Shown here piece by piece: positions 1-15,879 of a DNA stretch of 64,000 nucleotides. The stretch lies in the NCBI GenBank assembly GCA_964016885.1, contig OZ024745.1, positions 109,988,001-110,052,000 of the forward strand. The letters run 5' to 3'. The first letter of the stretch is position 1. Every line of letters begins with the position of its first letter. The DNA is from Eledone cirrhosa (Eukaryota). The notes under the pieces were generated by a model. That model saw only the letters and a program-made list of their open reading frames with translations, did not search any database and was not told the origin of the DNA. The position numbers and the translations under genes were made by a program.

Positions 1-787
1 GCTGAAAGTACAAAAGTGGAGGTGGCAGCAGTGGTAGTGGTGTTAGTGGTGGTGGTGATGGTGGTGGTGTTGGGCGTGTTGGTTTGTGTAGTGATGAAAG
101 GGAAAACTAGTGGTTATTGCCATGAGTTGTCCTTTAAATATTTTTTATGCTGTTTTGGGGGAATTTTTTTTTTTTTTTTTATGTTTTATGTTTTATGTTT
201 TCTTTTTAAATTTTGTCATCATACTCCAGCAGACATCATGATATGCATGATTCTTTTAAGACCCAACACTACCACTACCCTGGTTATTTTGATTGCTATC
301 CATGTTGTTTGGTAATGGGTGATGTGTAATGCTATTAGCAATGCTGGTGATGGCAGTATTTTGATGATTTTATTTAATGTTGATGATAATAATTTTCCTA
401 TACGTTGTTAGTGAACAATCTATCGAGAGGTGGCTTTAGTGTCAGAATTTTGGTGCTGAGAATAATAGAATAAATAAAAGCAGAATTATAAAGTAAAAAA
501 GAAAACAACACAACAAAAAGAAAAGAAAGAAAACATCTTTTCAACTAACTATACTGCATTTTGCACTTATTCTGATGGTTCATATGCATATATAACTGTA
601 TAACAGGTGGAAGATTTACCAGTGTAAACATATACCACAGCAGCCATGATCTTGTTTACAAACTGCCCTATTAAGAAGTTGCTATGGTGACATGAGAGTG
701 GCATAAAAGTGTAAGTTTTTGTATATACGTATGTGCGTACACAGACATATATGTGCATACATACATATATATACACACATACATACA

Positions 788-873
<86 letters not shown>

Positions 874-2239
874 AACAATTTTTCTTTTATTCTAAATATT
901 AACTCCAATATAATCATTTCAAGAGAGAGAATGATGTATATATGTATATATATATATGTATTTGTTATATATGTATATATGTATTAAATATATATACATA
1001 CATATATATGTGCATACATATATATACACACATAACATACATACACAATTATTTACATTCTCTCATTAGATAGTTAGGTGCCTAAAGTTTATATTACAAG
1101 CAAGATTTCTCTTTTTTGTTTGCTTATTATATGAGTTGGGTCACTGTTAAACCTTTAGAAACACTTGGAAAAATAAAAGAAATAATAAAAATAAGAAATA
1201 ATCTAAATCTGTTTGTTCTTTTGCTTATCAAAGAATCAAAATACATTTATCGATTTAACAGCCTAAACTCTATTGTAACACGCTTCTTCTAGTCTATGAG
1301 AACAAAACCTGAGCTATGTATGAACTAAAGGCATTCAATGATTTTAATTGTGTCCAAAAAGATATTTCTTTTCGTTTCGTTTTTCATCTTTATATTTATT
1401 TTATTTCATTTACTATTTATTGTTGTTTGGCTTATTTATTACTGGGACACCATCTTTAAAAATTAGGCTCTGAATAAAATAAAGATAGAAACAGGCCTAC
1501 AGCATTCACGTGGAAACAAAATTGTGATCTCTTCACCCTTAAATCATTGCATCCAGCATTCAACAAAAAAAAAGTCACCATTTGATTCAGTATTTGTGAC
1601 AGCATTTTATTACCAGGACAATTTTAAGATGATGAAATCACCGAAAGCAGTGAATTTCTGTTTTATTATTACTGTTTCTCTAAGTCTGTAAGAAAGTAAT
1701 AAAAGCTTACAGATAATCTGGTTGCTCCATCTATTCTGTTAAGTTTGTATTTATTTTATACTTTTATACTAAACATGATATAAGATGTGCCATAGCTAGT
1801 CCTGAAAACTAAAGATAAGGGTTATTTTTAACTTTGGTTTCTCTTATATATTTTTAATGTTTTTGTCACCTTAACTCTTTTAATGCTTCAACTGCAAACA
1901 GTCTGTATAAAAAATAAAAATCTAAAAAAGTAGCAAGTTTTATCAAAATTCATAAGTTATTCTCATATCTACAACCATGACAACACCAATAGCTCAGCTT
2001 CTTTTTCAATTTCATCACTAAACAAGAAGCAGGCATAGAGTCGATTAATTGAAGTAGGAAAGAAAACTTGTCTCATCTTTCCTCCATCTACTAAGAAGCA
2101 ATGCTGAATCAGTTTCAAAGCTATACATTACTAAACTAAAGGAAAGTTTAGTCATTTGAAAACTAAATGCTTGAATTTAGTTTTTAATGTAAATCAAGAA
2201 AAAAATGTTATGTCCTTCCTCTAATACACACACATATAT

Positions 2240-2505
2240 CATCACCATCGTTTAACGTTTATCTTCCATGCTAGCATGGGTTATCCCATTTAGAAGCAAG
2301 TTGGGTCAGGTGACCGTGTCTTGCTCATATAAGACTGTTTCTGGCTGGTTTTCAAAGGTTGGATGCCCTTCCTAGCGCCAACCACATTTACAGTCTGTGC
2401 TGGCTGTTTTTAGCTGTGTCATTTACACGATCACTTTACAGTGAGGGCTGGGTATTTTTGGCTATGTCATTTACACGACCCCTTTACAGTGTAGGCTGGG
2501 TTCTT
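2240..2505 (-). mobile_element. SINE B-related 3' portion (similar older copies at 19300-19539 and 39770-40045)
   Basis: ggatgcccttcctagcgccaaccac and the ccatgctagcatgg tail. Confidence 0.75.
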
Positions 2506-2842
2506 TTATATATATATATAAGGAAAAAATAATAAAAAAACACACCTTATAATATATATAAAAAAGAGAGGACTTTATAACATGAGTTTAGCGAGCTTGC
2601 TTTCTCTTATGTTATCATAAACATATTTTGAGTTGTTCTTTCTTTGTTTTTCGACTGTTTTTCTACTGAGTGAACCAAGTGTATTTTATCATGGTACCAA
2701 CCTTGACCAGTTTTCTAAGTCTAGCTGCTCTTCCTCGCACCAACCACTTTACAAAGTGTATAAGATGCATTTATCATGTATGTCACCAACACTAGGGAGG
2801 TAGGTTGTCATGTCTTTGATACAACTGGAGTCCTGGTGGCCC

Positions 2843-2968
2843 TCTTTGCTTAAACTTTAATCTGTTATTTTAATAAATATTTGCTCTATGGTTTTATATA
2901 TTTTGATATATATATTTTCCTTGTCGAGCTGTCTTCGGATTTTAGTTTTCACATTTATTATTATTACT
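2843..2968 (+). mobile_element. 5'-truncated solo pLTR of the 43854 family
   Basis: tctttgcttaaactttaatctgttattttaataaatatttgctcta matches 43891 onward. It ends in (TTA)n then (TA)n. Confidence 0.75.
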
Positions 2969-3667
2969 ATATATATATATGGAAATTTCCTCTCCAAAGC
3001 ACAGGCCTGGGCAAGTTTTTTTTTATAGAAAACTGGTAACCATTCATGCATACAATTGTCCCCACACCATAGCACTGATGTTGTCCAACAGAAAGACAAA
3101 GGCCGATACAGCTTGGCACCAGTGAAATTGCAGGTGAATTCAGAGCACAGATATACTGCAAGCTGTCACATCTGACAACCTAACAATTCTGTTAATCTTA
3201 TGCCCTAAATTAGTATTTTATTTAACATCCCTAAAAGAAGAAAAAGGCAAAGTTGACCTTCTGGGATTTGAATTTAGAAATCAGGGAGCCAAATCAAGTA
3301 CCGTGAAACATTTAATCACACATTCTAACAGGTCTGCAAATCTGATTCCTTTTAAATGTGTGTGTACGTGCATGTGTGTGTATGTGTGTGTGTGTGTGTG
3401 TGCTTTGATCAGTTAAGAATGTTTTAACAAATTTTGCATTAATTACAACTTGATAAGACCATATTGTTTTCATCTAGAAATACGTGAAATGTGAAATATC
3501 TTGAATGTGGACAAAATGTAGTCTTTATTGTGTTCTTATCTTGCCATGTATATACAAAACATTAATCACGAAGAGGTCCAATATGACTAGAACATGTCCA
3601 GATTTGTCTCTGATTTATCAAACATCAGACCCACTCCTCACTATTTGCCTTTATTCAATGTTTAATG

Positions 3668-4064
3668 CAGGGGTTGGTAACTTCTTTGCACGGGTCGGAT
3701 TGAGTATTAATGATGGATAACAGGCCGGACGAAGGCCATAAAAGAATAATTATGGAAAATTACACAAGCTAAAATTTAGTCATGAGTGTTGACTATACTT
3801 AAAAATAATTTGTATTAACCACAGATGAATGTAGTAATGCGACGAATTTTTAATTATGTTTTTGCTGTCAAAGCGTTCACATTTGGTTGGTGGTGGACAT
3901 TAGGTAGAGTAAATCAGAAGATTTGTATTCGAAAGTCTCGTCTTTCATATTACAATAAATTAAAATTTTAAATAAACAACTCATTGGGCATCAGTTCTCG
4001 CGGGCTGGTCAAAATCCATTAGCAAGCCACATCTGGCCCACGGGCCGTAGGTTGCCGACCCCTG
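3668..4064. mobile_element. hAT-type MITE
   Basis: Imperfect TIR caggggttggtaac / gttgccgacccctg. 8-bp TSD gtttaatg / gttttatg (7/8 match). Confidence 0.85.
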
Positions 4065-4130
4065 GTTTTATGTATTTAGAATTTCAATTTGACTTCCTTG
4101 CTTTCTTGACAAAACTTTCATTAATGTTAA

Positions 4131-4321
4131 GGGCGGTAGATTGGTAGTATCGGTAGAGGGTCGGACGCCATGCGTTAACGCATGGAGTTACGGCCCTTGC
4201 TATTCTGAGTTCAAATCCCACTGAGGTTAACTTTGCCTTTCATCCTTACGGGGTTGATAAAATAAAGTACCAGTAATGTACTGGGTAATTGCTGGCCTTG
4301 TGCCAAAAGTAGAAACAATTA
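4131..4321 (+). mobile_element. SINE family A (tRNA head plus Meta-domain-like core)
   Basis: A-box tggyagtatcgg, B-box gagttcaaatccc, core gcctttcatccttacggggtcgataaaataaagtaccag, tail tgtgccaaaagtagaaacaatta. Confidence 0.85.
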
Positions 4322-4862
4322 ATGTTGGAAAATGTTGTTCACTTCATTAAATGTGTAATTTTAATTAATTTTAAAAGTTTGGGTGTAGTTAAGTCTATTA
4401 AGTATGTTAACTACCACATAACTAGAAACATTTTCTAATATGCAGTTAATGTGGGGTGGTAAATACATATATACATATACACCAGGTCCAAACACAATGG
4501 AACCAAACTCCCACTGTCACTACCTCCATCTCTCCTGCTCTACCCATCTCTCACTATTGTGAGCAAATGGGGGCCCATGCACTCGCTGCCCCACCACCCT
4601 AGTGGACAGAATAAAGAAGGCATTTCCCTGAAGGATGGTGAGGGAGACATACATGCAGAAAGTCTCCTTGGAATTTGCTCCCATGTCATGAATTATATAT
4701 AAACTATCAAACTGATAATATATTCAAATAGCCATTGATAATTGTTTCTCTAAAACAATTGAATTTCTGGTTTTATTCATTTTACTTTTTCTTCCAGAAC
4801 ATTCTTTATTTCCTCACTCAAATCCTAAACAGAGCTTGGATATTTATATCGTCTAACTATCA

Positions 4863-5111
4863 TTAACCCTTTCATTATCATACTTCTGATGAAAGACAGT
4901 ATATGACTTTCAAGTAATTCTGAAAATAATAAAGAATTTGATGGGATTTAGTAAAAGAACAAATGTTCTTATTTGCAGCATTACTTAACAAACATTCTCA
5001 CATAAAATTATGATGGAAAGATTTTAGATAAATATAAACACTTAAAAACATATAATGTTTTGTCAGAGGAACTAGGGTCAGTTTCAGACAGTTTGGTATC
5101 AAAAGGTTTAA
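4863..5111. mobile_element. Second, older TTAA-MITE family (also at 24787-25011 and, reversed, ~23620-23856)
   Basis: ttaaccctttcat ... gtttggtatcaaaaggtttaa. The internal tgaaaataa..aaagaatttagtaaaa is shared between copies. Confidence 0.6.
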
Positions 5112-5424
5112 GTAAGCACCAGTAATTCTAAGTAATCAAGGAAACTGAAAGAAAAATTCTATATAATTTTAGCACCCTAATTGCTAAATACTTAAAATGA
5201 ATTCTTAAGTTATTTTGAGTCAATCTTGTTTTATTATGAAATAAAACCATATCACCACTGTTTTTCTTTTGATATTATCTTTGTGTTGATTATCCACCAC
5301 CTCATATCAACCTCCTGTCCAATTTCCTTTCTCTTTTTCTTTTAATTTTCTCCAACTCTTTCTCTCGTGTTAAGATAAACTTTTAATATGAATGAAATGA
5401 CTTTAATAGAAATTTCTAGAATTA

Positions 5425-5455
<31 letters not shown>

Positions 5456-5553
5456 CAAACAAACAAACTAAATAATTACAAAAATCTAAGAAATCGGAAG
5501 GGGGGATAAATAGACAATGAAAAAATACCAAGTGAGAGTGAAAGATGACACAG

Positions 5554-5593
<40 letters not shown>

Positions 5594-6629
5594 GGAGGAT
5601 ATATAATGACATGGAGAGACTGAGTGAGAGAGAAAAGGGTAGACAAAAAGAGAGACAGAGAGATAGAAGAACATTTTAAAAAAATATAGGAATACTAAAA
5701 TATTTTGTATGAAAGAAGGAAGTCTTCTTCTGTTGTAAGGAATAAGACATCTTATAACTTGAATAAGAAAATACAAAACAAAAATACAAGCAAGCATAAC
5801 AACAATGAAGATATGAAATGATTGTGGAGGATCAATAGATGAATATTTAGTGTTGTAAATGCTTGTTTTAAAGTGTTTGTGAGGCCGCACCTACAGTTAT
5901 ATGCATATTTGTGCCATTAGAAAGCTATAGAAAAGAAAGGGAAAAATATGAAAATATATGGGAGGGGAATAAAAAGATAAAAAATTATTATAAAAGTTAT
6001 AAAAATAAACTTTATTATTTTAATCAATAATATGACAAATAAGAAAATGTGGATAAAAATATGAAGGACATATTCAGATTCTTATATTTATAAGTAGGTA
6101 CCTATATATGTATGTGTGTATATATTTCTGAGTATGTGTGTGTGTGTATATATATATGTATATATGCATGTGTGTATGTATGTGTGTGTGTGTGTGTATT
6201 GAATAAAAATGTATTTAAAATAAATACTGTTATAATTATATGCCTTTATTTATGTGTTTATGGACATAAATACACACAAACAAATATTTCTCTCTATAGA
6301 TAGATACAAATATGAAGACAAATGACTATATATATATATAATCTGTGTGTATGTGTGTGTGTGCATAGTGTCATTTGTGTTTGAATTTGCATCTATGTAT
6401 TTAGGTGTGTGTGTGTGTGTAGATACATAGATATAAATACAAACCACTATATATATATATATATGAGAGAGAGGCACAAATATGAAGAGAAATCACACTA
6501 TATTTTCATTCAATGAAAATAAATAGAAATCTGTAAAACAACTCTAACATTGCAATGTCATTTACATACACAAAGAAACAAACAACATACACTTACAAAT
6601 GTTTTTATGCCTGTAAACGCATACACACT

Positions 6630-7860
<1,231 letters not shown>

Positions 7861-8196
7861 TTTCACACACAATCCTCATCAGAGAGATAAAGACAGACAA
7901 ACCAATAGACAGGTAGATAGATAGTTATAAAATTATTATTTGTATTTATTTCTCATTTAAATAATATTCAAATGAATAATTAAATAAATATATAATAAAA
8001 ATCAAACTCTAAAAATGTTGGTGGAGGGGGGGGGGGGAGAAGATGATGGGGAAGGAATCAGTATGTGTAGCAGACTTTATAAATCTTCAGCGCATGATCT
8101 AATGAATGAAATGTGATGAAAGGTCTCAAAAGAAGAATTATTTCAGGCGAAACTCCAAAGACTTATTCACAACTCTCTCTCAAATATGGTAACACC

Positions 8197-8197
8197 T

Positions 8198-8284
<87 letters not shown>

Positions 8285-8457
8285 GCATGTATAAATATAT
8301 ATATATATATATGTATAAATATGTATATATATATATATATATATATAAATATATATATATAGATATGTATATATGTATGTATAAATATATATATATATGT
8401 ATATATGTTTATATATATATATTTATGTATATATATATATATATGTATATATTTATG

Positions 8458-8492
<35 letters not shown>

Positions 8493-8497
8493 ATATG

Positions 8498-8531
<34 letters not shown>

Positions 8532-8595
8532 TATGTATATATATATATGTATATATTTATATTTATGTATATATATGTATATATTTATGTATATA

Positions 8596-8626
<31 letters not shown>
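8197..8626. repeat. (TA)n/(TATG)n microsatellite
   Basis: Direct reading. Confidence 0.95.
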
Positions 8627-8706
8627 TTATTTTTCTCTTTCTCTTGGAATTCTTAAATTGGTCCCTGCAGCAGAAAAGAGAGGGAAGGTGTAAGGGAAGG
8701 GAACAC

Positions 8707-8743
<37 letters not shown>

Positions 8744-8799
8744 TATATAGAAATTAATAGATACTGATGTTTGTGGGATAGAAAGTAAAAGAATTACTC

Positions 8800-9552
8800 G
8801 AGAGAAAGAGAGAGAGGGAGAGAGAGAGAGAGAGAGAGAGAGGGGGAGAAATTGAGTGGTATAAGATGAAGTAATACAAATAGGATGAGGAATGGATGGT
8901 GGAAGAAAAGAAAGAAAGATACGTGGGAATAGAGAGAAAGATATTATAAGTGTCAAATAGTGCAAGAGAAAGACTGTGAGAATATGAGAGAAAGCAAGGT
9001 GAAAGGGAGAGAGAGGAAGTGAGAGAGAGAAGGAGAGAGAGGAAGTGAGCAAACAAGAGAGAGAAAAAGAAAGATAGAGCTAGAGATGAAGATTAAAGTG
9101 AAGAAATGAGAAAGAAAGACAAGGAAATAAGAATAATTGAGAAAATAAGAAAGTAAGAAATATAAAGGAGGAAATATAACGGAGAAAATGTGTGTGAGAG
9201 AGAGGCAGAGAGAAAGAGAGGCAGAGAGAGAGAGAGAGAAAAAAGAATAAAATGAGAAAATAAGGGAGTGAGAGAGTTAAAAGAAGAAAATGGGGGAGAG
9301 GGAAAGAGAGAGAGAGAGAAAGAAAGAGAGGCAGAGAGCGAGAGAAAAAGAAGAATAAAATGAGAAAATAAGGGAGTGAGAGAGATAAAAGCAGAAAATG
9401 GGAGAGAGGGAAAGAGAGGGAGAGAGAGAGAGAGAGAGAGAGAACAATAAAAGCAGAAAGTGAGAGAGAGAGAAAGAGAGCTAAGGAAGAAAGAGATAAA
9501 TAAGAGAAAGATAAACAATATAGAGAGAGACAGGGAGAGAGAGAAAGAGAAA
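8800..9552 (+). repeat. Polypurine (GA)-rich tract with a ~110-bp tandem duplication
   Basis: aagaataaaatgagaaaataagggagtgagagag occurs at ~9243 and ~9351. Confidence 0.85.
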
Positions 9553-9967
9553 GGTAATTCTTTTTAGCTTCTTTTAAGTTTGTTGTATTCTGAGAAAATG
9601 TTCCAAGTTGAGAAATATTCCGATTTTGATATTTGTTTTCATTTATTGATGAAGTATTATTTGATTTAATAACGACGCCAAACTTTGGCACATGGCCATA
9701 TATTTCAGGGAATGGAACAGTCGATTAAATAATACCTCACCACGTCATACCACCATTTCAGTTGTTGGATTCTGCTTATTTTATCGACTTTGGAAAGATG
9801 AGAGGCAAAGTCGATCCAAGTGGGATTTGAACTCAGAACATAGATGGATGTAATGTTTTACCTATTCAACCATCGACTGTCATTTATTTCATATAATAAT
9901 AATAGTACTTAATGGAGTGATATATTTTTTTTTTTTTTTTAAGTTTCTCTTATTCATCTGCAGCTTT

Positions 9968-11118
9968 CATCATCATCATCATCATCATTTTACGTCCGCT
10001 TTTTCCCTGCTTGCAAGGGTGGGACGGGAACTGATTCTGGCTTGATTTCTACAGCTGGATGCCCTTCCTAACACCAACCTCATTTACAGTGAGTGCTGAG
10101 TGCTTTTTTTGCCGTGGCACCTCCACGACCACTTTGCAGTGGAATGATAGTTTCATCATCATCATCTTTGTCACATTCAATAGCTTCACTGTATACAAAC
10201 CTGTAAAGTGGTCATGTAAGAGTCATGACAAAAAGCACCCAACCCACACTGTAAAGTGGTTGTGTAAAAGATATGGCAAAATGCACCCAGCACACACTGT
10301 AAATATGGTTAGCGTTAGGAAGGGCATCCAGCCATAGAAAACCAGCCAGAAACAGTCCTATATGAGCGAGACATGGTCACCCGACCACACTTGCTTCTAT
10401 ATGGGACAAACCTGTCTAACCCATGCCAGCGTGAAAGATAGACATTAAACGATGATAATGATGACGAATATATATATATATATATATATTACTCTTTTAC
10501 TCTTTTACCTGTCCCAGCCATCCGGCTGAGGCCATGCTGGGGCACCGCCCTTATATATGTATATATATATATATATATATCAGTTCTGTATGAGCAAGGC
10601 ATGGTTAACTGACCTGGCATTGCTCACAACAGAACAACTCATATAACCCAGGCTAGCATGGGAAAATGGACACTAAATGGCGATGATGATGATGAAACTA
10701 TATATATATATATGACCTTACCCAATTACACCTCTCAAAGACAATGACACACGACCGTGACTTCCGGCGTCACGCAGTAATACAGAGTACCCGACCTCCC
10801 ATGGGTACAAGCTGAAGCATATAGACAATATGCCCCCCCCCCCCACCGCAAGGTGGTCGTGGAGGTGCCACGGCAAAAAAAGCACCCAGCCCACACTGTA
10901 AAGTGGACGTGTAGGCGCCACGAAAAAGCACCCAGCACTCACTGTAAATTAGGTTGGTGTTAGGAAGGGCATCCAGCTGTAGAAATCAAGCCAGATCAGT
11001 TCCTGTATGAGCAAGGCATGGTCAGCCAACCAGACACTGCCCACAACAGGACAACCCGTCTAACCCATGCTAGCATGGAAGAACGGACGTAAAACGGTGA
11101 TGATGATGATGATGATGA
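9968..11118. mobile_element. Cluster of truncated SINE B-related copies
   Basis: 9968-10148 (-), ~10195-10465 (+), 10581-10695 (+), 10849-11118 (+). A different SINE tail lies at 10489-10552. Confidence 0.8.
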
Positions 11119-11905
11119 CACACACACACAAATAGAGTTTCACAGATTGAGTATGATGAATGGGGATATTCTCAGCACACAACCCAGTCCAGGAATTAAA
11201 CTCATAGCATTACATTTGTAAGTCCAACACCCTTACCACTAGGTCACACACCTCCACGTTTGCTTGGTACCCATGTGGTTTTAGGTTAAATCCCATTAGA
11301 CAGCCACTTACAAGATGGTTTTCTGCCATTGCCTTGTCTCAACCAAATCCTTGTTAGTAAATTATAGTGGATAGAAGCTGTGTGAAAGCCTATCAAAGGA
11401 ATCATTTCAGGTTTAATCTGTTGCCCAGTTAAACACCAACGTCTATATTTAGCAGAGTCTACTCTGTTGCAATCATTCAGACCAAATCTAAAGATAACTT
11501 CCTGTCCCTCAAACTAATCCTGTAGGCCCTGAATAGCATCATGGGCACTTCTTATCTTCTGACTGAGCTATTAAAAATAAACCAACGTATATGAATTAGT
11601 TTGATCTTTTATACCTAAGTGTTAGTAGCAGTGTTAATTTGTAAAAGTAAATATGTCTGAGTAAATTTACACTATTTTATTATAGCAACACAGAAGCTGA
11701 GTGGTAGACCCTTAAAGCTAAAACTGAATGGTCAATTTCAACTATCATTGCAAGATGTTTGTCATTCTAATGCTTAGTAAAGTCTGGCAAGTATACACTG
11801 TTAGAGGTAGTTCTAAGAGTTATAAAGCTGACACTTACCTATATCAAGATATATCAGTAAATAAGAAAGATTTCATAAATCATTTAATACATTTGGGCTA
11901 TCAAG

Positions 11906-11956
<51 letters not shown>

Positions 11957-12476
11957 ATTTATGATCCTTGTAAATAGTTTACTAAAACAAGAGTTATTTA
12001 TATCTTTATAAGAACTTTTTCCTTTCTAAATGGATATTGGACAGTATTTTCCATATCCCCCGATGAACTGTAACATAGAGCAGATGAGCTTTATAATAGA
12101 CAACAAAAGTTTGGTTAAATCCATCAGGAATTTAAGAAAATTGATGGATAGAGCAAACAGGATGACTGAAAAGTTTCTTGCAGTTTGTCTGTTGACTAAT
12201 ATTTCTAATTGAAGATACATACTGTTTCTGTCAAAATAGCAATCCTCTTATTATATAACTGTAGAGAATAGTCAATAGTTGGGATTTGGGACTGCAGTGT
12301 TGTCTACTATTATGAATCATGTCACAGACTTCTTAATAATGAATTCAGGAACTTAGTAGTTAGTAACATCAATATTGCAGAAATGCTTATTAACTTTTAG
12401 AGAATAGAACGATATATAAAAAGATTAAAGGAAATTGAATTTTCTAAGGTTTCTTTTTATTATTATTTAGAGGAGA

Positions 12477-12660
12477 TTGGCAGTGGATTAGCAGTATCGG
12501 TAGAGGGTTAGACAACATGCTTTGCAGCAAAGAGTTACGGCCCTTTATGGTCTGAGTTCAAATCCCGTCGAGGTTAACTTTGCCTTTCATCCTTACGGGG
12601 GTCGATAAAATAAAGTAATGCACTGGGATAATTGCTGGCCTTGTGCCAAATGTAGAAATA
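12477..12660 (+). mobile_element. SINE family A
   Basis: Full copy with an 18-bp TSD attattatttagaggaga. Confidence 0.9.
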
Positions 12661-14217
12661 ATTATTATTTAGAGGAGAAAAAGGGGCATGCATGAATCTT
12701 TTCAGATACTCCAAGGCTGGTGTGAAGAAAGGGGGCTGTTATCCCCAGACCAGTGCCCTGATCTGAATGTTTACAATATAGTTATTTATCTCTGCTAAAG
12801 ACATTTTAGTATCAACAGGTGGTATTGTAAAAGAGGTGATACATTAAGTCTGCCATCTTCTCAAATCTTGCCTGTAAATTATAGCAAAGTTTACTGATTA
12901 TCAAATAGCTTGGCATTGAAATATTGAGTGAGACCAAATGATGAAGTGAAAATATATAGAGAAGGATATAAAAAGAGAAGAGATACATGGAGACTGCAGG
13001 TTCTTTTATTTAAAAAGAAAACCAAAAATCAAGTTTTTAAAAATTCAAATATATTTTAAAGATTTTGTTTCTTATATTCACAATCATGAGGCTGCAAGTT
13101 CAATTTCTGGACCAGATGGTGTATTATGTCCTTGAGCAAATCGCTTTATTTCATGTTGCTCTTTCTGCCATGAGTTGTGACCAATAGATGGTATCAGCAA
13201 TGGAAAGACCAATGGAAATATTGTTTCCTTGGTTTGATTCGATGAGTTCCACCCCAGTCAATAAATGAATGAGGCCTGGGATCTTGACAATCATTAAATA
13301 AAAAATTAAAAAAACATAACACTAGCATATGAATGGTGGTGTGTTGGATATATTATATTGTGGTGGTTGTTCTGGCTCTCTGCTCTGAGTTCAAATCCTA
13401 ACGAGGTCAACTTTACCTTTTATCCATTCAAGGTCCATAAAATAAAGTACAAGTCCTTAGTGATGGATTAGTGGAATTGTGAAAGTGTCAAATGTGATGC
13501 CTTGCAATGTCTATAGTATTATGTGGTCAATTTCTGTATAGTGATTCAAATCCCACTGATGGCCAGGCTAATTCATCCAACCATAGGATCAAAACTGATT
13601 ATGAAAGCTGCATCAGATGGAAGAGGCTTGTAGCTATCTGCTACTGCAGTCAAACAATGGTGATGACTAGCATACAAAACTAAAGCAGACACTTTTTCAA
13701 AATCATCTTTATTCTAATTCATCATCTTAAAAGAAACTAATCTTTACATGCAATCTATATTTATCAAGTACTAGCGTCACTGTCAACTGATACAACAGTG
13801 AATAAATTGGTATTGGAAAAATACCATCATCATCATCATCACCGTTTTTCCAACTACTTTTCCATGGTTTTAAGGGGACTTTTTGAGACAATGTTTTATG
13901 AACAGATGCCTCTTGTGATGCCAAACCTTTTGGCCTCCTCTTACACTATGCAGAGATATAGAGTACCTACACTAGAAATCAGGATACAAATAGTAAATAT
14001 ATTGAAATTATATAACAGTAACACTTTTGATATCAAACTACTTGAAACCTCATTGGATTTATAATAGAAAACTATTTATGTAAAAATGTTTGTGCTTAAG
14101 TTAAATCTTTCTATCATAATCTTATTTAAGAAATTTTTGTTAAGTAATGTTCTAAGAATCAGTTAACCAATAAAAAAGTTAGTTATTTTATTAAATTACT
14201 CCAAATATTTGAATATA

Positions 14218-14554
14218 CAGTGAAATTCCATTACAATGAAATTTACAGGATATAAAGAAACATTTGTTGTAACGAAAAATTCTTTATAACAAGATTGACC
14301 GAAACAAATCGAGTATTTGTTTGATATTACCTCGTATTTAAAAATGAAACAATAAATGGATTAAAATATACCTACAATATGACTATATCATGCAATAAAA
14401 TATAAATATATATTTCAAATATGTTCAAATATGTTTCTTTCATTTGTTTTCTGTCATATTATTAACTTGCATAAAAAACCCAAGGATTGAAACAAATTTT
14501 GTTATACTAACAAAATCGTTATTAATGGTATTCGTTATAACAGAATTTTATTTG
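14218..14554. mobile_element. Tigger/pogo-like MITE (old)
   Basis: TA-flanked degenerate TIRs cagtgaaattccattacaatgaa / ttcgttataacagaattttatttg. Confidence 0.6.
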
Positions 14555-14749
14555 TATTCAAAATTAATTGAAATGCATTGACAGTGTATTTCATTAAAAA
14601 TACAGCAATGAAAGGCATAAGGAAACCTAGGAGGGAATTATACAACCTACATAGATTTGATAAGTAGTAACCTATGTCTATTACTATAGAACCACTTACA
14701 TGTATTTCCTTTTTTCTTAAATTTAGAAATTAATAGCATACAAATAATG

Positions 14750-14961
14750 ATTTCTACTATAAGCACAACAAGCCAAGCAATTTTGGAGGAGGGGAAAGTC
14801 GATTAAATTGACCCCAGTGTATTACTGGTACTTTATTTTATTGATCCTGTAAGGATGAGAGGCAAGGCTAACCATGGCAGGATTTGAACTCAGAACGCAA
14901 AGGGCCGTAACTCTATGCTGCTAAATATGTTGTCTGGCGCTCTACTGATACTGCCAATCCA
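14750..14961 (-). mobile_element. SINE family A, longer-tail subfamily
   Basis: Reverse-complement match with an extra ggggaaagtcgattaa segment. Confidence 0.8.
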
Positions 14962-15011
14962 AGCTTACAAAAAAGTTCAACATCGTCATCTGCTTGACAA
15001 AAGCAATCGCT

Positions 15012-15229
15012 TTAACCCTTTAGCATTTCCATTACTCTATATATACTATTATATTTTCATGGTAAAGGCTTTATCTCGCATAATTATCTCACATAATATC
15101 GAATCTATGAGATTTTAAAAGTATTTATTTTGAGAACAATACCTTAACATCAGTTTGAGCGACCAGTTACAGCCAGTTTCAACAGAAAGAGGTAGAGAAT
15201 TCTACCAGTTTGAACTGGTAAAGGGTTAA
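15012..15229. mobile_element. TTAA-flanked MITE (same family)
   Basis: ttaaccctttagcattt ... taaagggttaa. Confidence 0.8.
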
Positions 15230-15481
15230 TTTTATAGATTATACAAATATTACCAAATAGAATTAAAATTCTAGCTCCGACATAGCTGTATATAAGTATG
15301 TGAATTTTGTATATCTAATGATATATCGTATGTTTAATAGATAAACATTTGGAAAACCTTCTAGCTATGAATAATGAACAAGCTGATGGATAGCACCATC
15401 TAGCAGATTACAGCAGAAGCAGCAGGGGGGGGGGAATAATAATGATCTCTTTAATAGTTATTTATTTATTTTATAATAAAG

Positions 15482-15858
15482 ATTTCTACTATAGGCACAA
15501 GGCCAGCAATTTGGGGGGAGGGGAAAGTTGATTAAATCGACCCTAGTGCATTACTAGTGCTTTACTTAACGACCCCATAAGGATAAAATGCAAAGCTAAC
15601 CTTGACAGGATTTGAACTCAGAATGTAAAGCGATGTAACTCTATAAATAATAATAATATTCATAATAATTGTTTCTACTTTTGGCACAAGGCCAGCAATT
15701 ATCCCAAGGTATTACTGGTACTTTATTTTATCGACCCCATAAGGATGAAAGGCAAAGTTAACCTCGGCGGGATTTGACCTCAGATCATAAAGGGCCGTTA
15801 CTCTTTGCTGCAAAGCATGGCGTCCGACCCTCTACTGATACTGCCAATCCACCGCCCT
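15482..15858 (-). mobile_element. Two tandem SINE A copies
   Basis: 15482-15645 (truncated) and 15667-15858. Confidence 0.85.
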
Positions 15859-15879
15859 CATAATAATGATAAGTGAACT

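Noticed and set aside
7861-7882. CTGATGA..GAAA on the minus strand
   Set aside because: No stem II or stem I pairing.
12030-12212. Short ORFs such as 12030-12212, 19641-19838, 21478-21705, 32622-32867 and 34844-35086
   Set aside because: No recognisable domain or convincing splice context. Their lengths are expected by chance.
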